The notes beneath the pieces are model-generated. The model did no database searches, was not told the origin of the DNA, and saw only the letters and a program-made list of their open reading frames with translations. A DNA stretch of 64,000 bases, from assembly GCA_037441845.1 (NCBI GenBank), contig JBBIRK010000005.1, positions 221,230 through 285,229 on the forward strand, given 5' to 3'. The DNA comes from Candidatus Zixiibacteriota bacterium. Its GTDB lineage: Bacteria > Zixibacteria > MSB-5A5 > UBA10806 > 4484-95. Made by a program: the position numbers and the translations under genes. Of this stretch, positions 38,400 to 47,445 are shown in pieces; the first letter of the stretch is position 1, and each line of letters opens with the position of its first letter.

Positions 38400-39398
38400 C
38401 TATGGATTTTTACCGCCTTTCCCGCGAGCTTCGTATTTCTCGTAGGCCTTTATTATAGCCTGAACCAATCGATGTCTGACGACGTCTTTTTCGGTCAATT
38501 CAACGAAAGCGATACCTTTGATTCCACCGACGATTTTTCTTATTTTAAGCAACCCCGATTTATTGCGATCCTCGAGATCGATCTGGGTTATATCCCCGGT
38601 GACGACCGCTTTGGAGCCTTGTCCCAGGCGGGTCAGAAACATTTTCATCTGACTGTGCGTAGTGTTCTGAGCCTCATCGAGTATGGCGAAAGCACTGTTG
38701 AGAGTGCGTCCTCTCATGAACGCCAGCGGCGCGATCTCGATTATTCCGAGTTCCATCAATCGCTTTATCTTCTCGGCTTCGAGCATATCGTGCAAGGCAT
38801 CATATAGAGGCCGCAAATACGGATCGACCTTCGCCCTGAGATCGCCCGGCAAAAATCCGAGCGACTCCCCGGCTTCCACCGCGGGCCTCGTCAGGATGAT
38901 ACGATTGACATATTTCTGTTTGAAAGCCATTACGGCTTTGGCCACGGCCAGGTAAGTTTTTCCCGTCCCGGCAGGTCCGATCGCGAAAGTCAGATCATTG
39001 TTTTCGATCGATTCGACATAAACTTTCTGTCCCACCGTTCTCGGCTTTATCGCCTGCCTGGTGGCAATCGACATCACCACTGGTACGACATCGATTATTT
39101 CGCTGTTCGGTCCGAAACCGTTTTCCTTTACCATAGCGATCGAATACAGAATATATCTTTCGCTCAGTTCGCCGGTCGATCGAAGGTGGTCGCAGATATC
39201 ATCGATCACCTTTGCCGCGGAATTGATGCTTTCCGAATCACCCTCGAGCTGAATCCATTCTCCGCGGGCCGTAATTTTTACCGGGAACGCTTCCTCTATC
39301 AAGAGGAGATTCGCCCCTTGATTACCGAACAGAATCCGCTGATCCAGGTTGGTAATTTGAATTTTTTTCTCGCCCAAGACAAACGCTCCAGCTATCAT
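38400..39398 (-). CDS. phoH: PhoH-family ATPase (YbeZ-like)
   Basis: GPAGTGKTYLAVA, RPAVEAGESLGFLPGD, MRGRTL, DEAQN, DVVRH. Confidence 0.95.
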   Translation of the reverse strand: MIAGAFVLGEKKIQITNLDQRILFGNQGANLLLIEEAFPVKITARGEWIQLEGDSESINSAAKVIDDICDHLRSTGELSERYILYSIAMVKENGFGPNSEIIDVVPVVMSIATRQAIKPRTVGQKVYVESIENNDLTFAIGPAGTGKTYLAVAKAVMAFKQKYVNRIILTRPAVEAGESLGFLPGDLRAKVDPYLRPLYDALHDMLEAEKIKRLMELGIIEIAPLAFMRGRTLNSAFAILDEAQNTTHSQMKMFLTRLGQGSKAVVTGDITQIDLEDRNKSGLLKIRKIVGGIKGIAFVELTEKDVVRHRLVQAIIKAYEKYEARGKGGKNP

Positions 39399-39415
39399 TC
39401 ATGATAAAGAGAGAT

Positions 39416-41227
39416 TTATTCGACGATTTTCAGCCCGAGTTCGCGCAATTGCTCCTCGTCAATCGGGGCGGGCGAACCATCCATCAATGATCTTCCGCCG
39501 GTGGTCTTGGGAAAAGCTATCACATCGCGGATCGATTCGCTTCCGGTCATCAATGCCACCAACCGATCGAGCCCGGGGGCGATACCACCATGCGGAGGAG
39601 CCCCATAACGAAGCGCTTTAAGCAAGAATCCGAACATCCGTTCCGCCCTTTCAGCCGACATCCCGAGAATCTGCAGTATCTGCATTTGCATATCGGCATC
39701 ATGAATCCGGATTCCACCCGAGGCCAATTCGACTCCGTTGCAAACAAGATCATATTGGTTAGCCCTTATCTGCGCCCAGGGATGATTGTCATCGGAAAGG
39801 GGCAGCGAAGACTCAAATCCTTGTTGCAACTTATCTATATCCTCAGGACAAGGAGATGTCACGATATTGTGCATGGCATCAAAGCGCTTCAGATCGGGAT
39901 TATATTCGAACAATGGGAATTTATGTACCCACAGGAATTTCCACGCGCTGCCGCTTTGAAGCTTATGCCGCCTGGCCAGCTCGAGCCTCAATTGTCCAAG
40001 GCACTTGAGGGCGGTCGCTCTGCGGTCCGCCACGATCAACGCCAAGTCGCCGGTACCGGCCCCCAACACTGCTTGCAGTTTTTCAAAAAAGTTTAGCGAA
40101 ACCGCTTTGGACAGTGGCGATTTGATACCGCTTTCTGCGAAAGCCACGGATGAAAGGCCTTTGGCGCCGTTCTTTTTGGCGATTTCGGTAAGCTCATCGA
40201 TATTCTTCCTCGAATAAGCCGCACCCCCGGCAAGACAGATTCCGGCTACTATTCCGCCGCTTGCGATCACCTGCTCGAACACGCCGAACCCACAAGAGGC
40301 GGAAATTTCCGACAAGTCGATTATCTCCATCCCAAATCGCATGTCCGGCTTATCCGAGCCGAATCGGGAAACGGCTTGATCGAATGTCAAACGAGGAAAC
40401 GGCCGTTCGAGTTCCACTTTCAACAAATGACTGAATAGGCGGCAAACCATCCCTTCCACCACATCAAATACGTCATCGGCGGTGACTAACGCCATTTCCA
40501 TATCTATTTGTGTGTGCTCCGGCTGACGATCGGCGCGTAAATCTTCATCGCGCAAACAACGGGCGATCTGAAAATACCTGTCGAAACCCGAAATCATCAA
40601 TATCTGTTTGAAAAGCTGAGGCGATTGAGGCAAAGCATAGAAGCAACCACGGTGCTCGCGCGAGGGGACCACGAAATCCCGCGCACCTTCCGGTGTCGAT
40701 CGTATCAAGAGCGGCGTTTCGATCTCCACGAAACCGAGGCTGTCGAGATATTTTCTGACTTCGAGGGCGACTCTATGCCTGAATTCGATTTTATCTTTCA
40801 AAATCGAGCGACGCAGATCAAGATAACGGTATTCGAGCCTTAGTTCTTCGGAGGCATCCGGATTGTCTTCAACCAGAAACGGCGGGGTCTCCGACCGATT
40901 GAGAATCTTTATTTCGGTGGCCCGAACCTCGATTTCCCCGGTCGGCATTTTGAGATTTCGGGCGTTTTGGGGGCGAAGGTGGACCGTGCCTTTTATTTGA
41001 GCCACATATTCATAGCGCAACTTCTGAGCACATTCAATCGTTTCGGCGGAACACCAATCGGGATTGAATGTCGCCTGCGTCGTTCCCCAACGATCCCGCA
41101 AATCGATAAATACGACCCCGCCCAAATTGCGCCAACCGGCCACCCAACCGGAAATGACCACATTTTTATCGACGTCGACAGCTCGGAGTTCCCCGCAGGT
41201 ATGAGTTCGATAAGACGTTCTAAACAT
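39416..41227 (-). CDS. aspS: Aspartate--tRNA ligase
   Basis: YRTHTCGEL, RLEYRYLDLR, TPEGARDF, LPQSPQLFKQ, RDEDLRADRQPEHTQID, GAPPHGG, IRDVIAFPKT. Confidence 0.97.
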   Translation of the reverse strand: MFRTSYRTHTCGELRAVDVDKNVVISGWVAGWRNLGGVVFIDLRDRWGTTQATFNPDWCSAETIECAQKLRYEYVAQIKGTVHLRPQNARNLKMPTGEIEVRATEIKILNRSETPPFLVEDNPDASEELRLEYRYLDLRRSILKDKIEFRHRVALEVRKYLDSLGFVEIETPLLIRSTPEGARDFVVPSREHRGCFYALPQSPQLFKQILMISGFDRYFQIARCLRDEDLRADRQPEHTQIDMEMALVTADDVFDVVEGMVCRLFSHLLKVELERPFPRLTFDQAVSRFGSDKPDMRFGMEIIDLSEISASCGFGVFEQVIASGGIVAGICLAGGAAYSRKNIDELTEIAKKNGAKGLSSVAFAESGIKSPLSKAVSLNFFEKLQAVLGAGTGDLALIVADRRATALKCLGQLRLELARRHKLQSGSAWKFLWVHKFPLFEYNPDLKRFDAMHNIVTSPCPEDIDKLQQGFESSLPLSDDNHPWAQIRANQYDLVCNGVELASGGIRIHDADMQMQILQILGMSAERAERMFGFLLKALRYGAPPHGGIAPGLDRLVALMTGSESIRDVIAFPKTTGGRSLMDGSPAPIDEEQLRELGLKIVE

Positions 41228-41396
41228 AAGAAATTCCGCCTTTCAGTTAACCGAACGGATCAAGTTTTCGCAAGACAGGCATTTTAGTCGACGAATATAA
41301 TTGCGTTTATCCGAATCACCATGGGGCAGAAAACGATTCAACGTGGTACTCTGATCGATAAACCGGAATGATTTCGGGGAATCGAATCGATTCATA

Positions 41397-41780
41397 TCAT
41401 CGTTTTCGCAGTTTGTCGCTGATAATATAGCCTATTCCGCTTCCTGCGGCAACGCCAATCGAATCGGCCAGCCAATCCCAGAAATTCATATCACGGCCGG
41501 GAACAAACCCCTGATGAAGCTCATCGGTGGCCGCATATATTATTCCCACGAGAAAAACGACCCCCAAAATAACCACTGCATTCTTTTCCCTATTCAAAAC
41601 AAGCCCTGACCTAATCAACAATATCCCGAGAATCAAGTATTCTAAAAAATGAAGCAGCTTATCTTTAATCGTGAAAGGCAAATTGGTTGGCAGCGAGGGA
41701 ATACTCGATCCCCAAAAAATCAGCCCGGAATACAGAACAACCGGAAGGTGATAAGCCAGGAATATTTTTCGCACCATCAT
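41397..41780 (-). CDS. VanZ-family membrane protein
   Basis: DKLLHFLEYLILG, DELHQGFVPGR, DWLAD. Confidence 0.9.
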   Translation of the reverse strand: MMVRKIFLAYHLPVVLYSGLIFWGSSIPSLPTNLPFTIKDKLLHFLEYLILGILLIRSGLVLNREKNAVVILGVVFLVGIIYAATDELHQGFVPGRDMNFWDWLADSIGVAAGSGIGYIISDKLRKR

Positions 41781-41921
41781 ATAATATTCATTATCGTCAG
41801 GATTTCAAGTATAAAAGAGCCGCCGTATCGAAGGTTGAAGGCGAATGCAATCGGTGACGCGATCAAGGCCGTTGCACTTGGAAAAGCTCGAAATTTGCCG
41901 AGATTTCGCCATAGCCATACG

Positions 41922-41951
41922 AAAATAAATAAGCCGGCAATGCCGGCTTAT
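41922..41951 (-). terminator. Intrinsic terminator closing the microprotein transcript
   Basis: ATAAGCCGGCA/TGCCGGCTTAT inverted repeat followed by TTATTTT on the minus strand. Confidence 0.72.
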
Positions 41952-42010
41952 AACCATCCCGGTCAAAATTGATTTGACCTATATTTTATCGAATACTTTT
42001 CAGCAAGAAA

Positions 42011-42073
42011 TTACTTCTTAGATTTCTTGGCCGGTTTCTTCGCTGTCTTCTTGGCTTTCTTCTTAGCTGGCAT
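42011..42073 (-). CDS. 20-aa Lys-rich histone-H1-like microprotein MPAKKKAKKTAKKPAKKSKK (absent from the ORF track)
   Basis: AAAGGAGGTGA SD directly upstream of ATG; repetitive xAKK composition; own promoter and terminator. Confidence 0.8.
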   Translation of the reverse strand: MPAKKKAKKTAKKPAKKSKK

Positions 42074-42245
42074 AGTCACCTCCTTTCGAACCAGACCATA
42101 AAAGGTCTATCAAGTTAGCGGGTTGATAAAAGAAAAATTGTTGATTATCGAGCCGAAAGAAAAGACAAGACAAGTCGAGCGAAGTGCATCGAGCGAAAAG
42201 AAAAACTCTTTATTGTAGCCGATAAAAGTCATCACTTGCACATAG

Positions 42246-42262
42246 AGCAACATTCATGCCAA
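42246..42262 (-). promoter_or_regulatory. sigma54 (-24/-12) promoter
   Basis: Minus strand TTGGCATGAATGTTGCT, close to consensus YTGGCACG-N4-TTGCW. Confidence 0.82.
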
Positions 42263-42300
42263 TTTCGGTCAATTAGGTCGATTCACATTAAGGCATTGAA

Positions 42301-42313
42301 TATCAATGCGTTG
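42301..42313 (+). promoter_or_regulatory. IHF binding site
   Basis: TATCAATGCGTTG exactly matches WATCAANNNNTTR and lies between the enhancers and the sigma54 promoter. Confidence 0.62.
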
Positions 42314-42358
42314 AGAGGCCGCCGCAAAATTGATTGTGATTCAATAAGATACAAAAAA

Positions 42359-42443
42359 GCGACATTTCTGTCGCATGATATTTCAAGGTCTTAACTTTTA
42401 CCCAGCAAGATGGCCGAAGTATGCTGCGACACTCATGTCGCAG
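42359..42443. promoter_or_regulatory. Two palindromic upstream activating sequences, GCGACA-N4-TGTCGC
   Basis: GCGACATTTCTGTCGC (42359-42374) and CTGCGACACTCATGTCGCAG (42424-42443). Confidence 0.75.
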
Positions 42444-42460
42444 TTACCCTTTCAATAGGT

Positions 42461-44248
42461 CTATGTTTGGTCGGTAATTCTATGTCGATTCAAAATCCGC
42501 TGAAATTGACGGCGGTGCATCTGAGCCAATCTGGCCGCCTCGGAGATATTTCCCCGACTCCGTTTGAGTGCTCGCTGCACGAACGATTTTTCAATCGGCC
42601 CGAAAGATTCATCGATAATTTTTTTCTTTATCAGCCTGAGTTGATTCTGGCTCCGCGGAATGATCCCATCGGCAAGACCCGCCTGCTCTCGAATCCTTTC
42701 AGGCAAATCCTCTATCCCCAGCATCGTCCCCTGACACATCACCACCGCCCGCTCGATTATGTTTTCCAATTCGCGGACGTTTCCGGGAAAATCGTATTCT
42801 TCGAGACTGGCCAAAGCTTCATCCGTGATCCCGATTATTCCGCGATTATTCTTTTCTTTGTATTTCTCTATGAAATGCTTGACCAGCAGGGGAATATCAC
42901 CGGTGCGCTCGCGCAAAAGCGGCATCCTGATATTGATCACGTTTATCCGATAAAAAAGATCGTCTCGGAATCGGCCCTCGTGGACCATCCTCATCAAGTC
43001 GCGCTTCGTGGCGGTTATTATCCGCACGTCCGACTTGAGCAATTTGTTGGAACCGAGGGGTTCGAATTCGTGCGATTGCAGAAAACGAAGCAATTTCACC
43101 TGCAGGGTCATCGACAATTCGCCGATTTCGTCGAGCAAAATCGTGCCGCCGTCCGCCAATTCGAATTTTCCGGGTTTGCGGCTGGTGGCTCCGGTAAACG
43201 CCCCTTTTTCATAGCCGAACAGCTCCGATTCGAGCAGGGTCTCCGGGATCGCCGAGCAGTTGATGGCGATGAATTGGCCGTTTCGGCGGCGGCTGTTGTA
43301 GTGTATCGCCTGTGCGATAATTTCCTTGCCGGTGCCCGACTCCCCTTCTATTAGCACCGTCGAATCAGTATCGGCGATCAAAGCCACGGTGGACAACACC
43401 CGTCTTAATTCGGACGATTCGCCGATGATGAAAGAAAAATCGTATTTCCGCCTCAATTCATCGATCGCTTTGCGGCTCTGCTCCGAAGACTGTTTGTTTA
43501 TAAGCAGATTTTCGGCGGCGTGAGCGAATCGCCGGCTGATATACTCGAGCAATTCAATTTTATCGAAACCGAGATATTTCCGATAGGCTCCGAATAACAG
43601 AATCCCCTTCGTTCCCGAGCCGAATTTTAGAGGGATGCAGATCAGCGAACCGGGTTTCCCGTTATTGCCGTTTCCCCGAATAATCAGGTTGTTCAAAACC
43701 AACGGCTTGCCGCCGTCCTCCACCGTCTGCATCAACTTTCCTTTTATTTTTTCCAGATTGCCGCCGTTGCCGTTCGTGTCCAGTTGTTTTGTATAAACCG
43801 GCTGTCCGTTCGAATCATAAAACTCGATCATCCCGAACTGGGCGTTCAGCATTTTACTTACGATGGAAATAAGGCGCCCGACGATTTTATCGAAATCGGC
43901 GGAGGATTCGATCAAACGTTGCAGTTCATAAAGTGATTCGTAATACGATGCATGCAATAACGCGGTTTCGAGCCTGCGCCTCAAAATTCCATGATCGTTG
44001 ATTATGTTATCGAGCGCCGCCGCGGCTGCGTCTTCCTGTTGATCGATAGCCAACATGATTCTATCGAGTTCGGCGATCAGCGGATTACCGCTTTCATTCT
44101 CCTGATCGATTTCAAGACGTTCGGCAAGATGTTTTCGCAAACCATCGAGCAGCTTCATGGTGGCCAGTCGATTTTCGTTCATGGCCGCCCGGTGTTCGAT
44201 AAGTTGTCTGGCGAATTTGGTATTATATCTTTTTAGGTTGATGCCCAT
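42461..44248 (-). CDS. sigma54-dependent enhancer-binding protein (coiled-coil, GAF-like, AAA+, Fis-type HTH)
   Basis: GESGTGKE, ESELFGYEKGAFTGA, LLDEIGE, FRDDLFYRINV, FPGNVRELEN, GNISEAARLAQMHR; no receiver domain; start uncertain. Confidence 0.93.
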   Translation of the reverse strand: MGINLKRYNTKFARQLIEHRAAMNENRLATMKLLDGLRKHLAERLEIDQENESGNPLIAELDRIMLAIDQQEDAAAAALDNIINDHGILRRRLETALLHASYYESLYELQRLIESSADFDKIVGRLISIVSKMLNAQFGMIEFYDSNGQPVYTKQLDTNGNGGNLEKIKGKLMQTVEDGGKPLVLNNLIIRGNGNNGKPGSLICIPLKFGSGTKGILLFGAYRKYLGFDKIELLEYISRRFAHAAENLLINKQSSEQSRKAIDELRRKYDFSFIIGESSELRRVLSTVALIADTDSTVLIEGESGTGKEIIAQAIHYNSRRRNGQFIAINCSAIPETLLESELFGYEKGAFTGATSRKPGKFELADGGTILLDEIGELSMTLQVKLLRFLQSHEFEPLGSNKLLKSDVRIITATKRDLMRMVHEGRFRDDLFYRINVINIRMPLLRERTGDIPLLVKHFIEKYKEKNNRGIIGITDEALASLEEYDFPGNVRELENIIERAVVMCQGTMLGIEDLPERIREQAGLADGIIPRSQNQLRLIKKKIIDESFGPIEKSFVQRALKRSRGNISEAARLAQMHRRQFQRILNRHRITDQT

Positions 44249-44442
44249 ATTTATTTCGATTTTAGGCTTCGATGATATTTTTGTCAATTTATTTTTGGCC
44301 GAACTGATTTTATTTTCGATCAGTTAAGAAAATTACGACGTTCGGAGATAATTATTTTTGTGCTTATATTACGAGAAGACAAAAGATTCCGCACTCATCA
44401 CGCCCGAAGTAAAATCGCGCCTATCGAAAGTTGGAGGCTATC

Positions 44443-45312
44443 CTAATCGTCGATTCGGATACTTAAAATTCTATCCGCCCCGCTGAAATCGCGGATTGTT
44501 TCGATTTTGTAATGCGGATATTTGCCCCATACGGTTGACTTCAAGATATCAGCGCGATTGGCCGCAATCTCGAACAAGATGTTTCGCGCCGGCGGCGACA
44601 TGATCGAACAACCGTCGATAATGGCTTTATAATAAATCAACGGATCATTATCCGGCACGATTAGCGCTGCGCGCGGCTCATGCAACTTGATCTCCGGTTC
44701 GACACTGTCATATTCGGATTCGGTTACGTAAGGCGGATTAGAAATCACCATCGTATAATTTTCGCCGGCGGCCCAAGAATGGATATCCAGGCAATCGGCC
44801 TGAATGAATTCGATTCTATCTCCCACGCCATTGGTTTTTGCGTTATTTTCGGCAAGTGCCAGGGCATCGCTGGATATATCTATAGCAACGACCTTGACAC
44901 CCGGAGCGTTGCGGGCGACGGCAATGGCGATACAGCCGCTTCCCGTACCCATATCGAGCACTCGTCCCGATTTATTACCTATTATCCGCACCGCCGTGTC
45001 CACGAGAAGCTCGGTCTCCGGTCTGGGGATGAGCGCCCTATTGTCGATCGCCAGCTTAATATCATAAAACTCCACCGAACCGATCAAATACTGAAGCGGT
45101 ATGCGGGAAGCCCTTTTCTCTATTAAATCGGCATAGGTTGTTTCAAGTCCGGTATCGGCGGTTTCGTTTATAGCGAGTTGTAGTGATACAGAATCTTTAT
45201 TGAGAATAAAAGCGAGAAGTGACCTTGCCGAAAACTCCGCATCGACAACACCTGCTTGTCTTAGGCGGACTATGCCCGCTCGCAGTAAATCGGCATGACT
45301 TTTCGAGGGCAT
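44443..45312 (-). CDS. prmC: Release factor glutamine methyltransferase
   Basis: PLQYLIG, ALIPRPETE, LDMGTGSGCIA, SNPPY, EPRAAL. Confidence 0.95.
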   Translation of the reverse strand: MPSKSHADLLRAGIVRLRQAGVVDAEFSARSLLAFILNKDSVSLQLAINETADTGLETTYADLIEKRASRIPLQYLIGSVEFYDIKLAIDNRALIPRPETELLVDTAVRIIGNKSGRVLDMGTGSGCIAIAVARNAPGVKVVAIDISSDALALAENNAKTNGVGDRIEFIQADCLDIHSWAAGENYTMVISNPPYVTESEYDSVEPEIKLHEPRAALIVPDNDPLIYYKAIIDGCSIMSPPARNILFEIAANRADILKSTVWGKYPHYKIETIRDFSGADRILSIRIDD

Positions 45313-45536
45313 TAACGAATCAGATTCAACCCATATCGGTCGCCTGGACCCTTATCATACAAGGACACGAGCGAGTCGCGGCAGCCGCTTCTCGGCCAAT
45401 TCCAGTTTGACGATACCGAGTCTTCCGCGTATGATAATCCCGTCGGCTTCTTCCGATCATCGCCCGCCCAGCTCAATCCGGCGGACAGCCCGAGGCCGAC
45501 TGTAGTGACTGAGATAATAAAATCTCTCCGTCTCAT
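45312..45536 (-). CDS. Small protein with twin-arginine (Tat) signal peptide
   Basis: MRRRDFI + hydrophobic stretch + SWA cleavage-like site; ATGA and TAATG overlaps with both neighbours. Confidence 0.65.
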   Translation of the reverse strand: MRRRDFIISVTTVGLGLSAGLSWAGDDRKKPTGLSYAEDSVSSNWNWPRSGCRDSLVSLYDKGPGDRYGLNLIR

Positions 45537-46123
45537 ATGATTCCTATCCTGTAATTCGCCCCCGCATAAAAAGAAAGCCCATCGAACCGATACTCTCTTA
45601 TATTTTCGACATCAAGCCGCTCGCTGGAAAATCTGGCCAGCATATCGAGTCCGAATCCGCTGCCGATATCGAAATCGAAACCGCCCATGAAGTAAATACA
45701 GGTTCCTCTGGCCGAGCCGAAACCGTCCTCCCTTAAAAATCCGATTCCTGAACCGGCGCCAGCGACAAGAAACGAGCCACCCGTATCCGTCAACCGGTGC
45801 CTAAGTCTCAAATCGACCAAAACATTAACCAGCGAAACATCGGCGGAGAAGGTCGCATCAGGACTGATTCTGCGCTTTGAATATTCAACAGCCGGACCGG
45901 CCGAAAAAAAATCGGAAACGGCGAACTCGACGGACGACCTGAGAAAAATGCTATCGTAAAAATCGATCGGATCGTAATACGATATCATCTTGATCGAGCC
46001 TACCGGGACGTAGGAGCCTCCGGCCCTGGCGATCAATCCACGGCCGAATGCGCTTGTTTCGGCACCCGCAGACGCTATGTGGATTATAAGAGCGGTGACT
46101 GCTATAACGATAAATCGAATCAT
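45533..46123 (-). CDS. Small outer-membrane beta-barrel protein (OmpA/OmpW-like, probably 8 strands)
   Basis: Signal peptide ending AGA; alternating aromatic/Gly beta-strands; C-terminal FYAGANYRI; ATGA overlap with the tldE-like gene. Confidence 0.62.
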   Translation of the reverse strand: MIRFIVIAVTALIIHIASAGAETSAFGRGLIARAGGSYVPVGSIKMISYYDPIDFYDSIFLRSSVEFAVSDFFSAGPAVEYSKRRISPDATFSADVSLVNVLVDLRLRHRLTDTGGSFLVAGAGSGIGFLREDGFGSARGTCIYFMGGFDFDIGSGFGLDMLARFSSERLDVENIREYRFDGLSFYAGANYRIGII

Positions 46124-47445
46124 ACGACCGCCGTGCAATTGAAATCTTTTATCAACACAGCCGGGACTCTCATCAGGGCGCCGTATTTAGGAACCACCCG
46201 TCTTTCGAGCGAAATCGCCTCGACGTTATTGAACGCTTCCAGCATCGATTGCAGAATCCGCATATCTTTCAGGCGACGGGTGACCTTGCCGTTTTCGATA
46301 AGAAATGTGCCGTCGCGGGTGGTGCCGGTTACGGTCGTCTGCATCGGATTCACATAATTCAAATACCAGAAATGCGTGATCCATATCGCTCGGTCCGCTT
46401 TCGAAATCAAATCGGCGAGCGGGAGATTTCCGGGCGACATTGACATAGCTTTGGGATACGGTCCGAAACTATTTCCCGGCTGAAGCGCGTTTCCCGTGGA
46501 TTCGGCGCCCATGGCCGACGCGTAATAGTTATCGTAAACAACGCCCTTGGCGATTCCGTTTTCCACCAAGGCAACCTTCCGGCGAGGAACGCCCTCGTAA
46601 TCGAACGGCATGTAGGCCATTTCGACATCTTCCGGATCTTCATAGATGCTTACCAGTTCCGACATGATCTTTGAGCCGATTTTATCCACCATGAAACTGC
46701 GTTTGGAAACCATCCCTTTTCCGGAAAACCCGAGGAAACCGAGAAACAACAGAAAATCCGCAACCGCTTCAGGATCGAGGAGCACCGTATATTTACCGGG
46801 TTCGAGCGCCATGGGTTCGGAAACCATATCGGCTTTATGACAAGCAGCCACCGCCAGCTCTTCAACAGCGATTCGTCCCACATCTCGGGAAAAAGCCTGG
46901 GCGAATCCAGCCCGACCTTCAGCACCGGTCAACGTCATCGACAGTCTCGCCTCTGCCACTCGATCTTCTTGAATCGTTCCTAGAGAATTGACCACAGCGA
47001 GATTCGTCACCGACGTCTGGAACATTCCTCCGGCGGATAAACCATTTTTTTCGGCAATCGCCACTATCTTGCCGACCGCATCGGCTCTTTCCGCCGGCGG
47101 ATACGATGCCGTATTCTCATAGTAACCTTTTGACGGAGGCCCTTTGGGAGATTTCCGAAACCCTGCCAGCTGAGCGTCATCCTGGCTCACCAGCGAAATT
47201 TCGTGCGCCCTGCGGATAGTCTTGACGATCGAATCGTATTCCAGCTCGTTGGTCCTGGCGATCCCCATCTTTTTGCCGTTTATGACTCTGCACCAAATCG
47301 TGCTGTCGCTTCTGCCCACATTTTGATGAATGACGTTTTCGGCGAAACGAGTCAAAAAGAATTCCTCGGCTTCGCGCACCAATTCGGTTTGTTCGGCGAG
47401 GGACTTACTTATCGCCTTATGCAATATATCGATAACCTTCGACAT
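46120..47445 (-). CDS. tldE: TldE/PmbA-family protein (non-catalytic subunit)
   Basis: TRFAENVIHQN, LEPGKYTVLL, PFDYEGVP, TGTTRDGTFLIENG; no HExxxH. Confidence 0.85.
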   Translation of the reverse strand: MSKVIDILHKAISKSLAEQTELVREAEEFFLTRFAENVIHQNVGRSDSTIWCRVINGKKMGIARTNELEYDSIVKTIRRAHEISLVSQDDAQLAGFRKSPKGPPSKGYYENTASYPPAERADAVGKIVAIAEKNGLSAGGMFQTSVTNLAVVNSLGTIQEDRVAEARLSMTLTGAEGRAGFAQAFSRDVGRIAVEELAVAACHKADMVSEPMALEPGKYTVLLDPEAVADFLLFLGFLGFSGKGMVSKRSFMVDKIGSKIMSELVSIYEDPEDVEMAYMPFDYEGVPRRKVALVENGIAKGVVYDNYYASAMGAESTGNALQPGNSFGPYPKAMSMSPGNLPLADLISKADRAIWITHFWYLNYVNPMQTTVTGTTRDGTFLIENGKVTRRLKDMRILQSMLEAFNNVEAISLERRVVPKYGALMRVPAVLIKDFNCTAVV

